IMG/VR virus record: IMGVR_UViG_3300009506_000014
Location: 13,156 to 77,155 of that record
Source: a virus
Length of the DNA stretch: 64,000 nt
Direction: 5' to 3' (one strand)
The stretch's first letter is position 1. Each line of letters opens with the position of its first letter. The notes under the pieces were generated by a model. The model did not search any database. It had not been told where the DNA came from and saw only the letters and a program-made list of their open reading frames with translations. Of this stretch, positions 27,945 through 37,874 are shown piece after piece. The position numbers and the translations under genes are program-made.

Positions 27945-28823
27945 TTATAAGTGAAGTAATTTTTTTATTCTGTTTATTTCTTTGTGACTTGCAGAGCCTA
28001 AGTCTTTTGAGTCAAGTTCTATGTTATATGTTTCCCCCCGTCTTTCACTAAGCATACCAAAGAGCTTTGCAGCCATTTTCTGACTTTCTCTGTCACTATC
28101 AAAACATATAGCTCTGATAGGATAGTGTGTCATTCGGTTTACCTGTCCAATCGTCAAGGCAATACCAAAAGTAGCAACAGCCCCCGGCCCGAAACGCCAT
28201 ACATCAATCGGCCCTTCAGTTATGAGTATAGCGTGACGTGCTGCATCTTCATTGTAAAGTAAGGTCTTGTGCCTTATCAATTCCTGTTCAGGCTTTGCAC
28301 TGATATACCGTGACCAATTATCTTCAAGGATGGAACGGCTTGTCCATGATACGATTACACCCTGTGATATTATGGGAATGAATAAACTCTGTGACGTTTT
28401 CTCATTTGTTTTCTTGATACCCTGAACCTCATACAATTCAGATATTATCTTTGGCTTCAGGTCACGTGACCTGATATAATCCTTATGTGATTTTCTTAGG
28501 GGGCAAACACCTTTAGGATATAAAAGCTTTGTCCCGGTAAGCTTTTGTTCAGGTATCCGCCTCACTTTGTCAAGTTGTTTAATCATCGCATAGCATTCCC
28601 TCGGTGACATTTGGGTGTGGGCAACCAAGGCATCTACAATAGAGTGCCTGCCACAATGCCAGCAATGAACAAAGTGACCACTAATTGAATATCCCATGTG
28701 ATACTTCTTTGTTCCAAGCCCACAAAAGGGACAATCGAATTGAATCCATCCCGGCGTTGTATGATGGTGACCTTCCGGGGCTGTTTCAATATTAATTTGG
28801 GTTAGTAGTTCCTTGAAATTCAT
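27945..28823 (-). CDS. DNA primase (Zn finger plus TOPRIM)
   Basis: CPFC...HCWHC; ITEGPID; FDSD. Confidence 0.88.
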   Translation of the reverse strand: MNFKELLTQINIETAPEGHHHTTPGWIQFDCPFCGLGTKKYHMGYSISGHFVHCWHCGRHSIVDALVAHTQMSPRECYAMIKQLDKVRRIPEQKLTGTKLLYPKGVCPLRKSHKDYIRSRDLKPKIISELYEVQGIKKTNEKTSQSLFIPIISQGVIVSWTSRSILEDNWSRYISAKPEQELIRHKTLLYNEDAARHAILITEGPIDVWRFGPGAVATFGIALTIGQVNRMTHYPIRAICFDSDRESQKMAAKLFGMLSERRGETYNIELDSKDLGSASHKEINRIKKLLHL

Positions 28824-29115
28824 TTTTAATCCTTGTCAATGTATGTATTCTGCTTTCACTATTCTCTCTCTCTTCTATAAGCAAGGCAAGTATTAATTTC
28901 AAGGTTTCTATGTCCCCGGATGCCGATGCTTGAAATGTACTTTGTTTGACATTTATAACAACTGAGCAGCAATCCTCTATAAGAGCATAGGCGTCCTCTT
29001 TTAAGGGACAGCGTCTTGCCAAACCTAAAGTCTGGTTTTTCATTATGTTTATTTCATTCAGTATGTCTCTTACTAATTCATTAATCAATTTTTTCTGTTT
29101 ATCATTCGAGTACAT
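28792..29115 (-). CDS. hypothetical protein
   Basis: overlapping ORF in the operon. Confidence 0.5.
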   Translation of the reverse strand: MYSNDKQKKLINELVRDILNEINIMKNQTLGLARRCPLKEDAYALIEDCCSVVINVKQSTFQASASGDIETLKLILALLIEERENSESRIHTLTRIKNEFQGTTNPN

Positions 29116-30101
29116 TTTGTTTCTCCTGTCACTTTTATTTTTTTTTCTATTCTCTTCTTGGTTATCTTAACCAAGTCACTTTGTTTTAAGGGTAGTTGTG
29201 TATCCTCTTCAGGAATGCCGATGAATTTGAGTACATCTTTTATCTTCAATGTCTCCATGCAGTATTTGTAGAGTTTTGGATGGGTGAATTTCATAAGGTC
29301 AAATCTATTAGGTCGATTTTCCAAGTGAATTCCAAAACAACAGAAAATACATCCAGTATGATTGACACCTGTGTCATATACTGAACAATAAGGGACATTA
29401 AATTCTTTTATATAATCAAGAATATCTTCACTTCTCCAAAAGGCTAATGGTGTGCATCTTGGTATGGGTAGGTGACTTTGATAACATCCATTCTCCATAT
29501 ATTCTTTCATTCTTTTATTGCTGTCACAAGCCATAGTTCCTACATAACTTGCTCGTTTTGTTTCTTTATAGAATTTTAGAACAGGAGCAATCTTAAGAAC
29601 GTGACAGCACCGCTCTGAAATTTTGAACGGAGAATCAATCATATATCTCCATTTTTCGGGAAGCTTACCAAACGAACCACGTTCGTCACCATATAGTGTT
29701 TTGTTCCTGTGTTTTTCGCTTGTGCCGGGACTCTTTAAGCGTCTGAGAAGGCTCGCCACCATTTTGCTTATAACAGGGTAGCCATGTTTTTCAATAACTT
29801 GTTTGAATGACATCTTTGGACGAAGAGTAATTACATTATCAATAGTCTTTACAAACTTTGTTATTTCAGGATATTCTAAACCAGTGTTGACAAATACTGC
29901 TGGGACATCTGGAAATAATTCTCTCACAAGGTTTAGTAAAACAGTTGAATCCCTTCCACCTGAGAATGCAACATATACATTGCCATTATATTTTTTATAC
30001 CAATGTATAATACGATTGTGACTCATTTTGATTTTCAATTCCAATGGATAATTCTGACGCTGACGCAAAGTATCATTATTGACTTTCAATTCCTTAGCCA
30101 T
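29085..30101 (-). CDS. PAPS reductase-family (PP-loop) protein
   Basis: AFSGGRDS, NTGLEYPE, CCHVLK, TGCIFC. Confidence 0.85.
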   Translation of the reverse strand: MAKELKVNNDTLRQRQNYPLELKIKMSHNRIIHWYKKYNGNVYVAFSGGRDSTVLLNLVRELFPDVPAVFVNTGLEYPEITKFVKTIDNVITLRPKMSFKQVIEKHGYPVISKMVASLLRRLKSPGTSEKHRNKTLYGDERGSFGKLPEKWRYMIDSPFKISERCCHVLKIAPVLKFYKETKRASYVGTMACDSNKRMKEYMENGCYQSHLPIPRCTPLAFWRSEDILDYIKEFNVPYCSVYDTGVNHTGCIFCCFGIHLENRPNRFDLMKFTHPKLYKYCMETLKIKDVLKFIGIPEEDTQLPLKQSDLVKITKKRIEKKIKVTGETKCTRMINRKN

Positions 30102-30307
30102 ATAAAGCTCCTTCTTTTTATAATGTCCATCCTTGTTTTGTCTCTATCCTTCAGAGCAGCTATTCATAAAATTCTCAATGACTTCTTTCATTGATTTGTT
30201 TCGTTTTGCACAGTGGGCTTTGAAATGATTTTTGACTTCCGTTTTAACACCCCGGATATAGATTGTGCTTGTTCTGTGTCTCTTAGGTATCTTTGTTCTT
30301 CGCATTG

Positions 30308-31687
30308 TTATGTCCCTTTCAGTATTTCTTCTTCAAGTTTATTCCATAGATTGAATTGCTGTGACTTTCTGATTTGTTTGCCATCCATTATGGCTTGGAT
30401 GATTTTTTGTTTTTTATGTAAGAGCTTGCAGAGCTTGACTTCGATTGTATCGAATGCAACAAGATAGAAGATGTCAACATTATAATTCTGTGTGATTCTG
30501 TGAATCCGGTCTTCAGCTTGAAGATGGTGTCCCGGAACGAAGTCAAGCTCAGCGAATGCAAGATTGTTGGAGCGTGTCAAGGTTATTACTGTCCCGGCGG
30601 CTTTAATATTGCCAAAGAAATATTTGGTCTTTTTGTCACTTTGGAATTGGTCAACAATCTTTTTGCGTTTCTTCGATGGAGTAGAGCCATCAAGCAGAAC
30701 GGCATTCTTTTTGAAGTGACGGTATAAAGGTTGCAACATGACTTTTCTATGTATGCCAAAAATGACAAGTTTCTCATTTGGATTTTGTTCACTGAATTGC
30801 TCAATCCATTTTATGATTGACTTCAACTTTCCTTTGGCTGTGAGTCTCCGTAGATATCCAAGCTGTGTAATCTTTTCGGCCTTCTTCGCTCTTCTTGCTT
30901 TATCGGGTGACTCTGATTTTAGCCAACTAATGAAGTCTCTTGCTGCTTTGTTATAGGTTGCTCTGTTGTCGATGTCAAGCGGAATAACGTGACGTACTTT
31001 TGGTGGTAGCTCGTGAAGCACTTCTGTTTTTGTACGGCGTATGCCTACGTATTGAGTAAAGAGCCTGTGGAGTTTCTTGGTGTGTGATGCACCTGAGTAA
31101 TCCCATCCCCAAGGTTTAAGTCTCGGCTTGCAGAATTCCCAAGCAAAGGAATTGAAACTTGGGAACAGGTCGGGACGTACCAAGTTAAAAGCGGTAAATA
31201 ATTCTGAAGGTCGATTGACCATAGGTGTCCCGCTGGTTGGTAGTATGTTATCATAATCGTGGTGATTGACAAGTCTGCGTACCGCTCGTGTTCTGCCTGT
31301 CCCTCTATTCTTGATGTATTGGCATTCATCGAGAATAAGTGACTTAACATTTTTGAGCTTCTTCAATTCAACAGTCCAATATTTGAGTATATCGTAATTG
31401 ATAATTAAAAGGTCAGGTATGTATGTCAATAGGTTCTTAAGTCTCTCTGGTTTTCTTCCATAGAAAATCTGTGAAGTTAGTTTGGCGTGGTCACGGCCTA
31501 CGCTTTCCCATACATGCTTTGCTGTAGCAGGACACACCACTAAAGCAGGAAGTTCTTTTGGATGTCTTTTGAGCCAGTCGATAACTTCGACAGTCTTGCC
31601 CAAACCCATGTCGTCACCGATAAGGGCTGTACCTTGAAAATGAGTAATACACCGAACACATTTTTTTTGGAAATCATATAATTTCAT
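30308..31687 (-). CDS. SNF2-family helicase
   Basis: DDMGLGKT, LDECQ, SGTP, QAEDRIHR. Confidence 0.92.
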   Translation of the reverse strand: MKLYDFQKKCVRCITHFQGTALIGDDMGLGKTVEVIDWLKRHPKELPALVVCPATAKHVWESVGRDHAKLTSQIFYGRKPERLKNLLTYIPDLLIINYDILKYWTVELKKLKNVKSLILDECQYIKNRGTGRTRAVRRLVNHHDYDNILPTSGTPMVNRPSELFTAFNLVRPDLFPSFNSFAWEFCKPRLKPWGWDYSGASHTKKLHRLFTQYVGIRRTKTEVLHELPPKVRHVIPLDIDNRATYNKAARDFISWLKSESPDKARRAKKAEKITQLGYLRRLTAKGKLKSIIKWIEQFSEQNPNEKLVIFGIHRKVMLQPLYRHFKKNAVLLDGSTPSKKRKKIVDQFQSDKKTKYFFGNIKAAGTVITLTRSNNLAFAELDFVPGHHLQAEDRIHRITQNYNVDIFYLVAFDTIEVKLCKLLHKKQKIIQAIMDGKQIRKSQQFNLWNKLEEEILKGT

Positions 31688-32186
31688 TTGTCACCGTCTT
31701 ACTTAACGAGTCCATGTTTTTATTGATTTTGCGTCTGCCCCATCCTTGGGCAAGTAAGTGTGACCTAATTCCGGTCTTTGAAAGTGTTTTTATATCCCCC
31801 GGTGTTTCAAGTATAAGTTGGATAATCGTTTTACAGTCATTGTTCAATTCATCCATCAATTCCATTATACGACTGTGCTTTGTTGTTGTCTTTCTTTCTT
31901 GTGTGTGTATAAGCTCTAATTCCTTCCGCTTCTTTTCTTTTCGATATAGGTCACGTAGAGCTTGTGTGACACATCTGTGAAGATAAGTTGTGAATGCCCC
32001 TCTTTTGGGATTGTATTTATTTGACTTAATGACTTTGAAAAAAGTTAGGTTGGCTTCGGCTATTAAATCATCAATGTCAATGTCGCCCGGAATAAATGAC
32101 CAAGCTATCTGTTTTAGCATTGATTCATAATTGTGATATAATGTTAAAGTTTTAGTTTGTGACTTCATATCTTTCTGCTCCATCAA
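31674..32186 (-). CDS. ECF-like sigma-70 family factor
   Basis: DDLIAEANLTF...YNPKRGAFTTYL (region 2). Confidence 0.75.
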   Translation of the reverse strand: MMEQKDMKSQTKTLTLYHNYESMLKQIAWSFIPGDIDIDDLIAEANLTFFKVIKSNKYNPKRGAFTTYLHRCVTQALRDLYRKEKKRKELELIHTQERKTTTKHSRIMELMDELNNDCKTIIQLILETPGDIKTLSKTGIRSHLLAQGWGRRKINKNMDSLSKTVTNEII

Positions 32187-32328
32187 AAATAATATAAGGC
32201 TTAGAAATATGTACTATGTTATATTGTTTAGCTTTGTATGCAAGAGAAAAATTTTGGATTTGAAGTTTTTTTAATTCGTTTGCTCAAAAGATTTTAAGAA
32301 ATCCAAACAAAGTGACAGCTTAATTTTT

Positions 32329-33072
32329 TTATTGAGGGACATTAATCGGCATAAGCTGTCCAAACCTAAAAAGGTTATCCATCTGAAGCATTGGATTTCG
32401 ATTTCTGATTTGATAAGCATATAGACAACAAAGTTGATAGGCGGAAAACATACCGCCCCGGTTTTCTTTTTCACAAGCTTTGTATATATCTCTTATGTCA
32501 TTCCAAGTAATGAGTCTTGGTATAGTGGATGCGTGTAATAATATAGTTTCTATTCTATTTGAGATATCTGTATCGTAGAATTTACGAGAAGTATCAAAGA
32601 CACGTGACAGCATAATTCTTATGGTGTTCACTCTGTCATTTATTTCTTCTTTAGTATCCTGTCCTTTAGTGTGTTTCATCTTTTCAAGTCTATAGAATAC
32701 CAAGCCCAAGCCTTCAGGTAGGCAGAGACTAACATCATCTGTGGTTCTTACACCAACATAGAAAGATGTACTTCTCTTCATGGAATTGTTTGTTGTCAAT
32801 CCCAATGAGAAATGTTCACTTGGTCGTGACGCTCGTTTTGCAGCAAATGACCAAGAGCCTGTGAAGCTTTGTCCTGTATCATCAACACAAAATACCGTAT
32901 CCAATACTGCCCAATTTATGTCATTAATACAATCTGTGACAGTTTGGGCAAGTTTTGAATGCTTAATGCCCTGCCAATACTTTCCGGCGTTTGTTGGTTT
33001 TGTAAGTTTGATTGATTGAAGGTCGCTGATATTGTCAAAGACCTTATATTTTTTTGATTCAATAAATAACAT
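32329..33072 (-). CDS. hypothetical protein (possibly DUF932-like)
   Basis: WQGIKHSKL, LGLTTNN; weak resemblance only. Confidence 0.45.
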   Translation of the reverse strand: MLFIESKKYKVFDNISDLQSIKLTKPTNAGKYWQGIKHSKLAQTVTDCINDINWAVLDTVFCVDDTGQSFTGSWSFAAKRASRPSEHFSLGLTTNNSMKRSTSFYVGVRTTDDVSLCLPEGLGLVFYRLEKMKHTKGQDTKEEINDRVNTIRIMLSRVFDTSRKFYDTDISNRIETILLHASTIPRLITWNDIRDIYKACEKENRGGMFSAYQLCCLYAYQIRNRNPMLQMDNLFRFGQLMPINVPQ

Positions 33073-33095
33073 GATTGACTCCTTAAATAAAAATG

Positions 33096-33213
33096 GGGTG
33101 GGACTAATTATGCTTTGTGACCTGTTAGCGAGATTAAGTAACTAAGCGGATACTTCGGATTGAAGCGTAGAAGGTTACAGGTCACTTCACATAAGAAGGG
33201 GGATGTCCCACCC
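33096..33213. ncRNA. structured intergenic element
   Basis: nested IRs gggtgggac/gtcccaccc, ttatg/cataa, gtgacctgt/acaggtcac. Confidence 0.5.
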
Positions 33214-33225
33214 GGTTGAAATGCT

Positions 33226-33477
33226 TTATGATTTTTGTCTTCTTAATTCTGTGACGTAGGCTTGAGACACAATGGTGAATTTGGAAGCGGAGACATCAAC
33301 AAGCTCTCCTGTGTCCCATAATCTGATAATGTATCTGATGAAATTATCATTGGTAAGAAGCACCCCGGCAATCTCTCCAGTGACCATATCTTCACCGGCA
33401 ATCTCTCCAGTGACCATATCTTCACCTTTGAAAAGGACATTCTCACCTAACAGTTTCGTTTGGATTGATTGTGACAT
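33226..33477 (-). CDS. hypothetical protein with a 30-bp tandem duplication
   Basis: start MSQSIQ behind AGGAG; GEDMVTGEIA twice. Confidence 0.6.
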   Translation of the reverse strand: MSQSIQTKLLGENVLFKGEDMVTGEIAGEDMVTGEIAGVLLTNDNFIRYIIRLWDTGELVDVSASKFTIVSQAYVTELRRQKS

Positions 33478-33715
33478 TTTTTCTCCTTTTCTTTTCTCTT
33501 TGCTTTGCGGCATGTTCAGCTTTAAGAGCTTGCCAATATAAAGCATCGGTTGTCAATACGTATTCTTTTTTACAGCCCTTTGCACGAAAAGCTATTATAT
33601 TGGGACGCCTTAGAGTGACAATCACGTTCCTGAGCTTCCCTGCTTCACGCACAAATCCATAGGTAATGCGTGTGACGTCATTCCTCAGAGCGGTCGCCAT
33701 CTTCATCCTTTCCAA
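33443..33715 (-). CDS. hypothetical protein
   Basis: ORF in the operon. Confidence 0.5.
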   Translation of the reverse strand: MERMKMATALRNDVTRITYGFVREAGKLRNVIVTLRRPNIIAFRAKGCKKEYVLTTDALYWQALKAEHAAKQREKKRRKNVTINPNETVR

Positions 33716-34004
33716 TGAGTTTGTAAATTAATGTTGCTGCATAGTCACCGTAATTCTTTTTAATAAAATCATGCAGACTTAGTATCTGTTCCGGGTTAAT
33801 CCACTTATCAAAAGCTACAATGTCAAAACCTGTCAGATTTCCAGTCCAGAAGTCACTTAATGGTCTTTTGAAGTATCGTTGGAATGATTCGTGACAGGTT
33901 AAATATCTGTGACGTTCCCGGTATGCAAAGTCAACAACTGTTTTACAATCTTTAAGTTTTTTAGGCTTGCTTAATTTAGCCATAGGTGACACCTTTCTGC
34001 CCAA
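33678..34004 (-). CDS. hypothetical protein
   Basis: ORF in the operon. Confidence 0.55.
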   Translation of the reverse strand: MGRKVSPMAKLSKPKKLKDCKTVVDFAYRERHRYLTCHESFQRYFKRPLSDFWTGNLTGFDIVAFDKWINPEQILSLHDFIKKNYGDYAATLIYKLIGKDEDGDRSEE

Positions 34005-34266
34005 GTAGTTTTTGGGCTAATGAGATTTTTATATTTGGTGGAAGTGACGCAAAATCATAACACCTACCTTTGGCATAGGCACGTGCTGATATACAACAGC
34101 CGTCACCGATAGGAACAATTCCTGCTAATGCACAGGAAGCTGTCCCGGCCTTGAATGATAGACCGGGACAGATATTATGCTTACCATATTGAGCTATGCC
34201 TATAGGGCACATTGCACTAAGGCAGCAATAGCCACAGCGACAGCATGGGAATGGATAGGTGGTCAT
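33976..34266 (-). CDS. Cys-rich protein (CxxCxxCC, YkgJ-like)
   Basis: CCRCGYCC...C...C. Confidence 0.55.
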   Translation of the reverse strand: MTTYPFPCCRCGYCCLSAMCPIGIAQYGKHNICPGLSFKAGTASCALAGIVPIGDGCCISARAYAKGRCYDFASLPPNIKISLAQKLLGQKGVTYG

Positions 34267-34317
34267 TATGTCCCTTTCTATATGGGGTTAGGCTGGTAGC
34301 CTGAGTCACTAATAATT

Positions 34318-34974
34318 CTAAGATTCGCACAAAGGTTTTCGATATTGTAAAGGTACATGATTTTTAATCCATGTTTTAAGCTGTTTGAAATGCTCTTGCT
34401 GTCTGTGTTTAATGTCCCAGTCTATTGTGTCGCGTGCGGCCTCTAATAGTCCAGATTCTTTATGGTCATAGCCATAAAAGCCCCAACAGCTATCGCCCTC
34501 GTTTCCATCTGGACATTCTATTGTATACCCATAAACCGAACCGGATAAATAATCGTTGTAAAGCTGGACATTGTTTTCAGCCGATTCGATAAGTCTTTGA
34601 CGGATTTTCTTAGTGAAGTAAGACTTGCCGTAAAATTCTTTTAACCATTGCCGGTCTATTAAAATATATCCCACTTGTCCAGAATCCCAGGGACAATTAA
34701 AAGGATATTCACGGCCAAGACTTAAAGCAATGCCAGAATGGTCATACATGAACAAAGGCAATAAAATACTATTTGTCTCTTTGGCATATTTTTGACATTC
34801 TTCGGGTGAACCGTGACCATTGCCGAATCGTTTGGAATTGCCAAGGTCATAGCGTGTATGCCAACAGCAAAATTCATGGTTGCCGTCCCATTCTGTTAAG
34901 GGATTGCAAGGACTCATATCTGGATGAATATTGATTGTGTAGTTTTTGTATTCGATTGTTTCGTATGTTTCCAT
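34318..34974 (-). CDS. hypothetical phage protein
   Basis: YDHSGI...WDSGQVG...DSCWGFYG. Confidence 0.7.
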   Translation of the reverse strand: METYETIEYKNYTINIHPDMSPCNPLTEWDGNHEFCCWHTRYDLGNSKRFGNGHGSPEECQKYAKETNSILLPLFMYDHSGIALSLGREYPFNCPWDSGQVGYILIDRQWLKEFYGKSYFTKKIRQRLIESAENNVQLYNDYLSGSVYGYTIECPDGNEGDSCWGFYGYDHKESGLLEAARDTIDWDIKHRQQEHFKQLKTWIKNHVPLQYRKPLCES

Positions 34975-35008
34975 GATTTATCGTACCTTTCTGTCACTAT
35001 AGTTGTGA

Positions 35009-35206
35009 CTATTTTCGTTTGGCTCTTCTCATACATATATATGTAATGGTTTGTCTATACACTCTTACTCCGGCGAATGTTCTTGCAAATCTCATGGCTG
35101 CTTCCTCACAGGTATAAACATTGTCACCGGACATATAATGGTAATCGGAAAAATGTTCCATGACATCTTCAAATGTGACTATTGTTAGTTTAAGTGGTTC
35201 GTTCAT
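35009..35206 (-). CDS. hypothetical protein
   Basis: GAGG RBS and ATG. Confidence 0.5.
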   Translation of the reverse strand: MNEPLKLTIVTFEDVMEHFSDYHYMSGDNVYTCEEAAMRFARTFAGVRVYRQTITYICMRRAKRK

Positions 35207-35286
35207 TTTATTATCCTCTCATGTAAATAGATATAAGAAACAGTCAACACAATAAGGCATTGTGACTGTCTCCGCTCAAAAAATAT

Positions 35287-35377
35287 CGGATGGGTGACTA
35301 CTCTTTCATTGAAACTCAGGGGGAGTATCAGCCCCAAGGACGTAAATTTCAACTACTCAATCCGTTGCACCCATCCG
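35287..35377. ncRNA. structured intergenic element
   Basis: perfect 10-bp IR cggatgggtg/cacccatccg with inner ttgaaa/tttcaa and gggg/cccc. Confidence 0.45.
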
Positions 35378-35394
35378 TGTCACCTTTCTTGATT

Positions 35395-36753
35395 TTATGC
35401 TGCTAATATGCTTGTGTTGTTTGCATCAAACATTACTGTTTTACCAAACGGTAATTTTCTATCTTTCGTTTTGGTCACCCAAAGAACCGGATAGCTCGGT
35501 TCGCGTTCCGGGAATGTTCCGTATGTATCGGTGAAGTATATTAGACAGGCCGGGGTGAGTCCCCTCTTCTGTACTCTTTCAAATACAGGTCTGAAATCTG
35601 TCCCACCATATATTTGTTTTGGATTCGGTTTGATGGGAAGGTCTGAGGTTCTGTATGTCTCTTCGTTTGTTATTTGGTCGTCACAATATATCAGTTGTAC
35701 CGTTGTATCGTAGGCTGATAATATCTGTGACACTTCCTTCAGGAATATGGCAAGTTGAATCTCATCAATACTTCCCGAAGTATCTACTGCAATGACTATC
35801 TCAGGTAACTCATCCGAACAAATACCGGGGACATATAAACCCCTTTGTAAATAGTTTCGGTCAGGGACTTCCCACATATAGTCATTACGTGCATTCGTTT
35901 CTACGAAGTCCCTCAGTATCACATACCAAGGCAAAGGTGGATTTTGAATCTCTTCAACAGCCCGGTCTAAACTTGGGAATGCTTGACCTTTTTTCTGAGC
36001 AGCTTTATAAGCCATCGTGACAGCTTGCTGCCATTGAGCAAGCTGCTCTTTTAGGTCACTCTCATCAAGGATGTCAGCATCTTCAACACCACCACAACCA
36101 CCGGGGTCGGGACAGGTATTGGTATCATCATCACACATGCCGGAATCGGAGTCACCATCTTGCTCGTCTTGGTCTTCATCTTCATCTTCAGGTTCTCCGT
36201 CACCTTCTTCTTGTTCTTCTTCGTCTTCTTGTTCTTCAGGTTCTCCGTTATCCTGACCGCTGCCGGACTGTGACTCGTCTGAGCTTTCCTGCTCTTCTTG
36301 TTCTTGTTCTTTTTGCTCTTGCTCTTCCTGTTGTTTGCGTTCCAAGTCACTGTATATCTCTTCTGCTGTCATTCCTCGGTACATTGAATCATACAAACAA
36401 CCTTCAATGAGCTTGAAGCCAGCGTCACTGAGTATCGGATTAATGGCATAATCGGTAGCCATATTCCAGAGATATGTATCCCGGCCATTCCTTCTCAGGT
36501 GAGTCCCCATAGCACAGTGCATTACTTCATGGGCAAGAACAAACTGCACCCTATCATCATCAAGTGACTCAATGAATCTCGGATTGTATTTAATACGCTT
36601 GCCATTAACGCAAGCTGTTTCGATTGAGACATCTTCGAGAAGTTCTAATCTCATGGCAAGATGTCCCCAAAAGCAATGGTCGAGAACAAGTCCCAACCTT
36701 TGCTGAATAATTCTCAACATCTGTTTGGTTTGTTTTTGTGTTGTAGGTGACAT
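35395..36753 (-). CDS. HExxH metallopeptidase-like plus VWA domain protein (DUF2201-type)
   Basis: LAHEVMH, acidic linker, VDTSGS, GGTDF, YFTD; start MSPTT. Confidence 0.85.
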   Translation of the reverse strand: MSPTTQKQTKQMLRIIQQRLGLVLDHCFWGHLAMRLELLEDVSIETACVNGKRIKYNPRFIESLDDDRVQFVLAHEVMHCAMGTHLRRNGRDTYLWNMATDYAINPILSDAGFKLIEGCLYDSMYRGMTAEEIYSDLERKQQEEQEQKEQEQEEQESSDESQSGSGQDNGEPEEQEDEEEQEEGDGEPEDEDEDQDEQDGDSDSGMCDDDTNTCPDPGGCGGVEDADILDESDLKEQLAQWQQAVTMAYKAAQKKGQAFPSLDRAVEEIQNPPLPWYVILRDFVETNARNDYMWEVPDRNYLQRGLYVPGICSDELPEIVIAVDTSGSIDEIQLAIFLKEVSQILSAYDTTVQLIYCDDQITNEETYRTSDLPIKPNPKQIYGGTDFRPVFERVQKRGLTPACLIYFTDTYGTFPEREPSYPVLWVTKTKDRKLPFGKTVMFDANNTSILAA

Positions 36754-36767
36754 TTTATTTCTCCTTT

Positions 36768-37814
36768 TTATGCAGCACCCTTGAAGAGCATTTTCGGGTG
36801 GTCGGTGACCCACTTGATGTAGGCTTTGGTTTCTCTTACTTTGGGACAGGCAGTGTCAATACCTGCAACGAAAACTGCTGCGAAGTCAATCTCCATACGC
36901 TCAAGGTACTTGAAGATATTCTCGGCGTTTGCTTTGGTTGCTTTGCTGAGCAGAGTTGTGACTATTGCCCACTTTGCATCGGGGCTGCTTGGGACAGGTT
37001 CTTTAGTCGGGTTCTTCAGGATGTTTTCAAGATTTGGCAGTGACCTGTAAACTTTAAGGAAGCCACAGAATGCTACGGCTGCTGCGTGACCTACTGCACC
37101 TTCTATCACTGAGAATTTATCAACGCCAAGTTTCAACCAGTCACTTACTGCTTCCCATTGCCTTGGTGACGGATGGTTTACAATATCCATTGTCCCTTCC
37201 TCAGTGGCAAGTAGTTCAGGCATCCAGTTTATGAAGCTGATAACTTCCATTGCAATGTCATGCTCATAAGCCCATACTACCCAATCCTCTTTTTTAACGG
37301 CAAGCTCAATAATCGTTTTGAACCGTGACTTCACTGGCTCAATCATCCCGGAGACATGAGCAAAGTCTTGTTTGCGATTCGTACAAGCAATGAACACTAC
37401 ATGGGGACTGATGTTTTTGCCGTTGCTTCTTATCAACTGCATAAGTGACGCTTGGGTTGCTGGCGGAGCTTGGCCCATGTCATCAATAAAGTATATGGTA
37501 AGCTTCTTTGCATCCTGAGCAGCTTCGAGATTTCCGAAGGGGACAAATCTGGCTTTGACTTTGCCCTTTTCATTTATGATAGCCCCAAGTCCCTTGTAAT
37601 CAATTGGGCTATCGTGGACGGGTGTGGATATGATAATGTCACATTTCAGGGCTTTGCGTACAGCTAAAACGACATCTGTTTTACCAATGCCGGGCATCCC
37701 GGTAATCAGTACAGACATCTTGTTGGGGACAGCAATCATTAAAAGATTGAAAAGCTCTTGTGGGGACATTGTTGATGTTGTATCGGTACTTGAATTTGAA
37801 TAGTTAGGTGACAT
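36768..37814 (-). CDS. MoxR-like AAA+ ATPase
   Basis: GMPGIGKT, FIDD, PSPRQW; paired with the VWA gene. Confidence 0.85.
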   Translation of the reverse strand: MSPNYSNSSTDTTSTMSPQELFNLLMIAVPNKMSVLITGMPGIGKTDVVLAVRKALKCDIIISTPVHDSPIDYKGLGAIINEKGKVKARFVPFGNLEAAQDAKKLTIYFIDDMGQAPPATQASLMQLIRSNGKNISPHVVFIACTNRKQDFAHVSGMIEPVKSRFKTIIELAVKKEDWVVWAYEHDIAMEVISFINWMPELLATEEGTMDIVNHPSPRQWEAVSDWLKLGVDKFSVIEGAVGHAAAVAFCGFLKVYRSLPNLENILKNPTKEPVPSSPDAKWAIVTTLLSKATKANAENIFKYLERMEIDFAAVFVAGIDTACPKVRETKAYIKWVTDHPKMLFKGAA

Positions 37815-37874
37815 TTTGTTTCTCCTTTAGGATAGTGTGACAGGAATCATCCCGTCACACGGTTGTTGGTTTGA

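Noticed and set aside
29085-30101. Dnd phosphorothioation system or sulfur-assimilation gene
   Set aside because: No other dnd or cys genes are visible; lone PAPS-reductase-like genes are common in phages
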